Source: Diplonema japonicum
Lineage: Eukaryota > Protista > Euglenozoa: Diplonemea
Direction of reading: 5' to 3'
Assembly: GCA_964019335.1 (NCBI GenBank)
Contig: OZ025681.1
Coordinates: 62,001 to 126,000, forward strand
DNA: 64,000 nt
The position numbers were made by a program, and so were the translations under genes. The notes beneath the pieces were generated by a model that was not told the origin of the DNA, searched no databases, and was given only the letters and a program-made list of their open reading frames with translations. The stretch's first letter is position 1. Every line of letters starts with the position of its first letter. Positions 43,041-51,500 of this stretch are shown here, in pieces.

Positions 43041-43077
43041 TAAAATAAAAAAAAATAAAAATAAAAACATCAATTAC

Positions 43078-43220
43078 CTTATGACTATTTGTTTTTTGTT
43101 GCTCGCACGAGCAAAAAAAAAGGTTTTTTAAAAAGCTGCGAAAGTTTCTTTTGCTCGGCACAAGTTGCATATAGTTATAAAATCATTTTTTGAAAAGATA
43201 AATATTTGTAACAAAAAATA
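43078..43220. repeat. Dispersed repeat Y (second copy)
   Basis: Aligns to 11298-11431. Confidence 0.7.
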
Positions 43221-44041
43221 AAAGTGCGATCATAAGAGAGGTGTGGAGGGAAGGTGAGATGGAGCCAAATTGTGGAAAAGAACAAGAGTGAAATAGGAGG
43301 GGTGGGTTTGGGAATACTATCCTAACTAAACGGAAAAAAAGAGAGTAAAAAAAAGGGGGGGGGAGAAGGAGGGGAAAAAGAAAAAAAAATAAAACGTAAG
43401 ATTGTGGTCAATCTTACGATATTTGTCAAGAAACACGTTTATCAATGATTTCTTATCCACCTTTACTAATTCTTTTAAACAAGAGTAAGGATAAACACGA
43501 ATTCACAAATCTTTCAAAAAAAAAAACCCTTTTTCTTTCGGGGGGGGGGGGGGGGACATCGTATTTTTAAATCGCCCTAGTATTCTCTTTTTCCTTTCCC
43601 CATTGTTTCTGCTTAAAAAGAGATGCTGGGGGAAAACCCCGGGGGGGAGGACGCCTTTAAGAAAAAAGAAATGTGTGAGAGTAAGAAATAACTGATATAA
43701 AAATAGTTTCAAAAAAAAGAATAAAGACGGTGAGAGAGAGTGTATACTTGTGCTATGACTCGTGAGGTTTTATTATCTTTACTGCTGTGTTTGTTTTCTT
43801 TTAATCCCTGCTTTTGGGACTACCACAATTTCTTTTGTTTTCAAAAATAAAACAGTTTCACAGATAAACACAGAACCTTCCCCTATACTCCCCTGTCTTT
43901 CTTTTTGCCGGTTTCATTAACATGTTTTTTTCTTCATCAGATTCTTCTTTTTCTTTCTTGAATAGCGAACTTTGGGGGGAGGGGGTGGAGGAAAAAAAAA
44001 AGGAGATCTGGAAAGTACAAATAGCAACAAAAGAAACAAAA

Positions 44042-44299
44042 TATATATATGAGTTAAAGGAAGTCTTTGTGAGACGCCCCCTTGTTCTCATGCTCTACCT
44101 GCACCTATCCCCCTTCAGCAGCGGTTTCTCCTTCTTCGGTGGTCGTGCCGGCCTCCTCCCCAGCTTGGCTACTTTTTCCCTTCTTTCCTTTGCCCATTGC
44201 TTCCCCAGCTCCTCCAGGTCGTACTTGGTCTTCGTTGATGCAAAGATTGCTCTTCTACTCCACCCGATCACCGCCTTCGTCCCTCCGATTGATCGCAGC
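44042..44299 (-). mobile_element. 5'-truncated retroelement 3' fragment, family R1
   Basis: Encodes LRSIGGTKAVIGWSRRAIFASTKTKYDLEELGKQWAKERRE, followed by a short 3' UTR ending TTTAACTCATATATATATTTTG. Confidence 0.75.
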
Positions 44300-44339
44300 A
44301 ACAAAATAGTCGTTCACAAAAAAGCTACCGCCTCATATC

Positions 44340-44376
<37 letters not shown>

Positions 44377-44531
44377 AACTTTTCAACCAACCTTTTGCGA
44401 GACACGTCTCAAGGTTTTTCACATGCTTTAGCGATATGGTGTGAATAAAAAAAAAATTCACTATGATAGGAACGAAGTGGTTAGCAACGGCCCGCCAAAA
44501 AAAAAAAGAATATTGTCAAAACACATACAGC

Positions 44532-44571
44532 GGGAAGCTTCCCTTAGCTAAGGGAAGCTTCCCTTAGCTAA
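44532..44571. repeat. Tandem of two palindromes, (GGGAAGCTTCCC TTAGCTAA)x2
   Basis: Directly visible. It contains a perfect 32-bp palindrome at 44532-44563. Confidence 0.95.
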
Positions 44572-45068
44572 ACAAAAGTCAAGACACTACTCATGTCCAC
44601 GAACCAAAAAAAAAAAATAGAAATAAGCTGGAGTGTTGGTGGCAATAGTAGGTTTTCTCATTCATTTCCGCTTTCATTTCTTTCATCATTCCCGTCCCTA
44701 TGTTCAGATGTGAGGTGTGCGCTACTCTTGAAAATGTTAAGAGAAAAGACGGTGTGCTTAAGGACAAATCCTGTTGTGCGTCTGAAAAAAACCTTTTATC
44801 CTCTATATCGCTCTCTTCTTGTGTACAGTCCCAGAGACTTGCGTGTCGTCACCTCAAGAAAAAAAAGGGGGGTTTCTTTTCTTTTTTTTTTCTTTTTCAA
44901 AGCACCCCGCCTCGTGACTAGATGTCAGGGATCACACGGGCTTGTATCATAACGGCTATCAAACTATATTAATTATAATCATAAAAAAGAAATACGAAAA
45001 GAAACAAAACGATGTTTTTCACAACAATAGGATCGCAGCATACACGTGGTGTCGCTCTTTGTTTCTGT

Positions 45069-48000
45069 CTAGTGGCAAAATCTAGATCTCAGATCCTGAA
45101 GTGAGTCAGCCAGGTAGCCTGCCATCTCTGTGCCTTGTGTGGACCACGCTGCCTCGATGGCCACCATCTGTTTCTTGTTGCTCTCACTGTTGAGCAAGGT
45201 GAGATGTGCCATGCAAGAGGCAACAGAGTTGGCGTCGGTAGCGTTCCTGGCGTAGGCGTACATCCACTCCTCGTTCTCTGTCTCGAGGAACGAGCCTGCA
45301 CGGAAGATGACCTGGTCGCTGCCGGACCTCTTGTGCTCCAAGGCGTACACAGTGACGGGTTCCACCTCCATGCACCCCTTCACAACCAGCGCCACAGAGT
45401 TCTCCAGCATCACCCCCGCCTTCAAGGTGCACCCCCTCTCCGACAGGTACCTCACAGATGGCATCACCTTCCCAAGCGCCGTGAACGCCTTCAACGCAAG
45501 CGACCCACACGATGCTACGGTAGCCTTCCCTGTTGCACACCCGATCCCGACAGCGTGCTTCCCAAGCTCGCTCCCCAACCTGTCCCGCACCATCACCGCG
45601 CACTGGCACGCCTTCATGATGTGTGACACAAGATGCGTCGTGATGTTCAGCCCGATGATGCTCTGGTCGCCAGTCGTGCTGAGAAGAGCTCCCCTCCCAC
45701 CACCGCTCGTCACCCCGCTCACCGCATCCAAGATCGTCGTCACGTGTCCCACAGAGTCCCCAGGGTACCAGATAGACACAAGGCTGATGCTTTTCGTCGT
45801 TGCCTGCATCTTCATCTGGCTCACCACACCTATCGGTGCAGGGGTGTCACCAGTATGGTGGGAGGTTGCAGTGCGCGATGAACGTGACGTCTTTGAAAGG
45901 GACTCTTCATCAACATCCGAGGACTCGTCCTTCTGGAAGAGGGAGGCGGGCATGTAGGCCTTGTACTCGTTGAGGATGTCGCACATGGCATAGAAGCCAG
46001 AGAGCAGGGCGGAGACCTCCAGAAGAATGCTGTCCCTCTTCACCACCTTGTCCATTTCCATGTTCTCCACATGCTTCATGTCCCGCACAAGGCTGATGAA
46101 GGGCTGGGTGATCACAACAGCACATGCAAGAAGGACCACAATTCCAATAGCTGCAAGCATCACAGACAGGTCGATCGCCTCCTCATATGCATCCTCCGCA
46201 TCCCCCATGATCACAACGTGTGGTGTGATGTACACCAGTAGCCAGTCAATGCTGTAGGTTAGGTACTTCGCTTCGACATCTGAAGCAGCCTTCTTGATGT
46301 TCAGCATTGAGGCATACACCTTCTCACCACCAGAGGAGTACAGGTACGACCTCTCAGGGTCAATGAGTGATGTGTTCCAGTTCTCGATGCTCGCAAGGGC
46401 ACCAGAGACCCACGGGTGTGCCACCCCAGAAACAGCCCCAATGCCTGACAACACTGTGCCGACAGGTTGCTGCTTGTCATCGTTCGAGAGAAGCACCTTC
46501 CTCGTTGTCCTGTCGATGAGCACGATCAGTGACCTCGCAGGTACCCGCATGCGTGCAATGTCCTGTTTGATGTTCCCAAGAACCCTTGACATGAGGAGTG
46601 CAAAGGTCGCACTGTTCTTCTCCACAAGGCTCTCAATAGTTCCGTGGATGGAAATCTCAAGAGCAAGCATGCTCTGCTGCCTGAGCCGCTCCGAGAGGTC
46701 CTCGCTGATGTCGCGGATCGCAGTGTCGTTCCTGGTCACCACCACACCGAGCACCACGGCGAAGGAGGTGAGTGCCACAACCCCAAGCATCACAGAGACA
46801 GGAACCTTAAAAGAAATATCATTGCAGAGGCTTCTGGCTCCCCTCACAATCATCCACACGATTCCAACCAGGAAAACACCACAACAGAGAGAGATCACCA
46901 CCATTGCCACCCTTGTGTCCGTCCACTCGTCGCGGGAGTAGTCGATGCCAGAGATGTCGATCACGCCAAGCAGAACATGAAGGTCCTTCTCCATCGCTGC
47001 CACAGCCTCCGCCCCAGTCTGGCCCTCCGTGAGAAAGAAAGAAGTAACATGCTTGAAGACGATGTTGATGCAGTCCCCGTACAGTGCCTTGCACCCAGCA
47101 CTTGGGCGGTGCACCAGCCTGTCCCAGAACTCGGGGTAGGCCTGCATCGACTTCGCCATAATTGGGTTCACCTCATTGAACTTTACCCAGAAGTCAGGCC
47201 TGTTCATCACATCCTGACGAGCAGGCTCGTTTCCAGTGAGGTCGAAGAATGAGAAGTGCTCAGACAGGTCGCTGACAAGATCCTGGGCTGCCTCCTTCAG
47301 GGGTGTGTGCTTGTTGATGCCAATGCTCCAGTCCCCAGAGCAGCCTGCCCCATTGTTCCCAGGGATGGGCCCTATCTGGATGTCCCAGCCGATTGTAGAG
47401 TTGTCGTTAATTTTGTTCATCACGGTACTGTCGGAGGACCACAGGATGAGGCACGCTGACTTCCCTGCAAGAAAGTTATTCCTCGCACCCCCACTGGTGA
47501 GTCCCCAGAGGTTGTGCGGGGCAATGGTGCCCACCCAGCGCTTCCACATCTCAAGGGTGCGTGCCGCCGCAGGGTTGTTCACCGTCACGTTCCCACTGTC
47601 GTCAACCACATTCCCAGCACCATCAAAACCCGACATGAGCGTCACGAGCATGTAAATAATACGGTTCTGCGAGTTCGAGTCGGTCGGAAGCAGTACACCA
47701 TCGAAGTCGGTGTTCCCACCAGCACGCTCCTTCTTCACGAGGGTGTCCAAGGTCGTCTCGAACTCCTCCCAGGTAGCGGGGTAGGTGAGACCGTGCTTGT
47801 CGAAGAGGTCCTTGCGGTAGAACACCACCATCTGGTTGGTCTGCCTCGTGAGGGTGTAGAGCTTCCCGTTCGGAGACATGTGAAGCTGCCACTTCTTCCT
47901 GATGATGTTGGGGTTGATGTCCAGCTCGATGAGCTCGTCCTGAAGGGTGGTGACCCACGGGGTGTCCAGGCTCATCACCTCGTAACCTGTCTCCTTGTTG

Positions 48001-48263
48001 TACAACATGTTCTGCAGGAAGGTGAAGTCGTTGTCATTGTTGTACGAAAAGTCGTTCAGATCGATGTACTGGATCCCCACGTCGGGGTGCTTGGCTGTGA
48101 AGTTGTTGTTGACTTCGCACAGGGTTGTGTTCAGCGCGGAAGTGATTGCAGTGTGGACATGCAGAGTGTGCTTTTTGTTGTCAGGAAGCGGGCAGCTTCC
48201 GTAGACATCAGCAACGTTGCACAGCACTGCCACGTACAACAGCACACCTTTCGCTCCCATCAT
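45069..48263 (-). CDS. Receptor copy 8 (1064 aa); SBP subtype III, C-terminal 60% near-identical to copy 7
   Basis: ORF with the same signal peptide and motifs as copy 7. Confidence 0.93.
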   Translation of the reverse strand: MMGAKGVLLYVAVLCNVADVYGSCPLPDNKKHTLHVHTAITSALNTTLCEVNNNFTAKHPDVGIQYIDLNDFSYNNDNDFTFLQNMLYNKETGYEVMSLDTPWVTTLQDELIELDINPNIIRKKWQLHMSPNGKLYTLTRQTNQMVVFYRKDLFDKHGLTYPATWEEFETTLDTLVKKERAGGNTDFDGVLLPTDSNSQNRIIYMLVTLMSGFDGAGNVVDDSGNVTVNNPAAARTLEMWKRWVGTIAPHNLWGLTSGGARNNFLAGKSACLILWSSDSTVMNKINDNSTIGWDIQIGPIPGNNGAGCSGDWSIGINKHTPLKEAAQDLVSDLSEHFSFFDLTGNEPARQDVMNRPDFWVKFNEVNPIMAKSMQAYPEFWDRLVHRPSAGCKALYGDCINIVFKHVTSFFLTEGQTGAEAVAAMEKDLHVLLGVIDISGIDYSRDEWTDTRVAMVVISLCCGVFLVGIVWMIVRGARSLCNDISFKVPVSVMLGVVALTSFAVVLGVVVTRNDTAIRDISEDLSERLRQQSMLALEISIHGTIESLVEKNSATFALLMSRVLGNIKQDIARMRVPARSLIVLIDRTTRKVLLSNDDKQQPVGTVLSGIGAVSGVAHPWVSGALASIENWNTSLIDPERSYLYSSGGEKVYASMLNIKKAASDVEAKYLTYSIDWLLVYITPHVVIMGDAEDAYEEAIDLSVMLAAIGIVVLLACAVVITQPFISLVRDMKHVENMEMDKVVKRDSILLEVSALLSGFYAMCDILNEYKAYMPASLFQKDESSDVDEESLSKTSRSSRTATSHHTGDTPAPIGVVSQMKMQATTKSISLVSIWYPGDSVGHVTTILDAVSGVTSGGGRGALLSTTGDQSIIGLNITTHLVSHIMKACQCAVMVRDRLGSELGKHAVGIGCATGKATVASCGSLALKAFTALGKVMPSVRYLSERGCTLKAGVMLENSVALVVKGCMEVEPVTVYALEHKRSGSDQVIFRAGSFLETENEEWMYAYARNATDANSVASCMAHLTLLNSESNKKQMVAIEAAWSTQGTEMAGYLADSLQDLRSRFCH

Positions 48264-48523
48264 CTTTTTGTTTAAAACTTCGTGAATTCAATGTGCGCAA
48301 CTAAAAAAAGAAAGAATAATTTAAAGCAAATGCGGCAAAAAAGAAAGTAGCTCGACCTTTGGACTTAACCGGAAAGATCGAATACAAATAGACCTGAGCT
48401 GAACAACGATCGAGAAAACATGTAAACCTGGAAAGGCAAGACAATGCTTAAGAATCGCATATGGGGACACTGCCAGGTGGTTTAGGTCATTAGTCCTTTA
48501 CCTTATGTTCCCTTTCTGGATCT

Positions 48524-51500
48524 TCACCCACCCAAAACAGCCCTGAGCATCTTCGTGATGCCTGTCTCCTTCATGATTGTAGAGAAGGCCTTCCCAATCC
48601 CCGACTTGAGGAAGGTCTTCGCGATGGGGTCAGCATAGGTGAGGACAAGGAGCTTCATCGGCTCGTTCAAGACGATGTCCTGCATGAAGGCGATGGCGCA
48701 GCCTGTGAAGAAGCTCTGTTGGGTCTCCTGCTCCCAGCGCAAGGCCTCCGTGAGGAAAATGGTCACGGAAGAGAGCTGTATGAAGAAGGCGAGGGCATAG
48801 GCGAGGTAGGTCACGTGGTGCGGTAGGTGCTGTGGAAGGAGGCCCCCTTTCTTCAGCTGGTAGGACCGCAAGACAACGAGCCACCCCACCAGAAGGAACA
48901 CGAGAGGGGCCAACCACTGCTCCGTCCCGCCCACCTCCACCTTGCTCCCCTCCCTTCGAATGGACGGTTGTTTCTCCAAGCAGACGAACAAGCACCCAGA
49001 CCACTGCAGCACGAACACAGCGGACCCGAGGTGCCCCATGCTGTACCTCTGGTACATCACCCACCAGCACCCCAAGGCCGCCACAATCTGCACACAGCTC
49101 GCCCCTGCCCCTGCCCACCACTCCACCTCGTAGTACAGACACAACACGATGAACAGGTGCACCGACCAGAAGACCGACAGCACCATGGGGAGAAGCCGCG
49201 GGCGCCACGAGCTTACCCCGAGTGCCACGAAGATCATCACCCACAGGAACAACAAGGCCACACCGATCCCAACCTCTCCAGAGTCTATCATCAACACGCA
49301 CCCGTACATCCCCAGTGACATCAGCAGCAGCGCCACAGCCTTCGCGAGCTGGAAGAAGTACGTTGCTATGCTTAGGATCAAGAAGAACGAAACGATAAGT
49401 GGCCACCACCTAGCCCCCGTCATGAAGTAGATCCCAACGTGGACGAGTGCCAGGAAGATGATAAACCTCATCGAACGCCCCGCTTCCTTGTTTGCCCGCT
49501 GGCAAAGTGTCATTTCTTCAGGTTCCTCTTCTTCCTCTTTATTATCAGCGTCTGACAGCTGCCTCTTGCCCCTTGGAGAAACTACTGTTGTTTCGTTCTC
49601 TGTCAGGAACACGGGCTTCGCTGACCCCAAAGTGGGGCTGAACACAGCAGGGAGGCTGCACCGCCCACTTAATATGGGGCTCACCGGCCTTGAGAAATCT
49701 TCATCTACCCTGCCCTCTTTATCTGTCTCCTCTGCCAACTTCTTCGCCTCCCACCACTCCTTGTGTGAAATGGACTGGTACTCAGGTGTGCTGTACTGTG
49801 TGTATTCGCAAATGAGGCGTATCTCAGGGTTCCGACCCTGCTTCTTGCTCACCTCGTCAGGGATCTGATACCAGCAGTCAAGGGACGCCGTTGCAGACGA
49901 GTCGTCTCGAACAATGCAGTCGATGATGTCCTGCATCGAGATGCTGAGCGACGCCACAAGGTTCTCCGTGCCAGTCTCCTGCAGACCGTCGTCATCGTAC
50001 ACGTTCACCACCACCACAGACTCCTTCTCCTCCCGCACGGGGTAGCTCACCACACAGCTCCCATCGAACACAGGGTTGTGGTCGTCCCACACTGTCGCTG
50101 ACTTCCAAACACGGCACTCACTCTCCACAAGAACGAAGCAGTCAGGGATGTCGTCCTCATCATCGCTTGCTCCCCCTCGCATAGATAGGTCCCTTGCCTG
50201 AACCACCCTCACATTCAGCTCCCCCAGAATGGGGTACTCGGGGTACGGGTCGAGTGCAGCCCACGACCACAGCTGTTTAGTAGTGTTTCTTGACAAAAAT
50301 ACAAAATCGGTAGAACATACAACGGGTGCTTTCTTAACAGATCGTTTGAAAAGCAGCCCCAGCAGCACTGTTGTCGGGGTCATCATGCAAGCGGAGATGA
50401 CTGCCACCATGATCGTTTTAGCGACAGTTCTAAGTAGAAAATAAATCTCCTTCACAAACATACCCATTCTCGCTCCTGCCGTGGAAGACAGCGAGGATGA
50501 AGAAGACTGTGTTCATCGCTGCGAAGAGGACAGCAAGCCTCCGTGGGCGAGAGTAATGTTGCCCTGGTGTTCTGAAAAACACACAGAACCAGACGTGAGC
50601 ACGTAGCGCAACCAGGCCCTTTTCTATGAAAAACCTAATTCGTTCACTACATTTCAGGTCATCAACAAGTACTTCTTCCGAGGGAGTAACGCTCTTTCTT
50701 CGTACACCCGAAAGGTTAGTCCCTGCGGTGGACATTCTCTTACAATCAGGTAGGTGCCCTGGTAACTCCGGCTGGCAAGACGGATCTGACACGTCAGAGT
50801 AGTTATCATCATAGCTTTCTTTGTTCATTGCTTCAGGTGCTACATCTGAAGGAGAAAGGCATGGCGAAGGCACAGACACGAAGCCACCTTGGTGATCTGC
50901 CGACAGTGGGTCATGAGAAGAGTGTTCCTTGTAGCCATGGCACGTTTCTTGAACCTTTATAAACTCTTTCCTAAGTGCCATCGTCTTGCTGCCTGCTTTC
51001 GGGGAGAAATACTCCTCCGCCACAATAGACTGCTGCAGCATGGCTTCCTGCTTGCTGAACTCGAACCGCGCTACTTCCCTAACCATCTTGTTCAGCTCCA
51101 TCGCTTGTTGTATTGCAGCTGCCTTTGCTTCTTCGAAGGTTTCACACGGTTTGTCCTTTTGATGCTGAAAGATGTGTGCTGCCCTCAAGTAGTTCCCTTC
51201 CTTGCACTCGCGAACACCATCCTCCCACCTGAAGACGTGGCCTTCCGCCGCCATATTCTCAATGTCCACAGCTTTTATCGAAGTCAGACCCGGCAAGGCA
51301 CCGTCTAAATCAGGTAATGTACACTCGTTTCCAGACATGGCGAGTGCATTGTTCACCTTTTCCTCCTGCTTCAATCGAGCCCTCTCCGATGGTGCAGCTT
51401 TGTTGTTCACAAGCCCAGCATCCTGCCGCCTGTCGTAGAAGTAGGTCACAACGAAGAGGATGTAGTAGAGCAAGTAGAGTGTCCCCACGACAGTGAGGGT

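Noticed and set aside
2334-48263. Bacterial ABC sugar-transport operon or contamination
   Set aside because: There are no permease or ATPase genes, the SBP is fused to TM/HAMP domains, spacers are eukaryotic low-complexity DNA, and neighbouring genes have spliceosomal introns.
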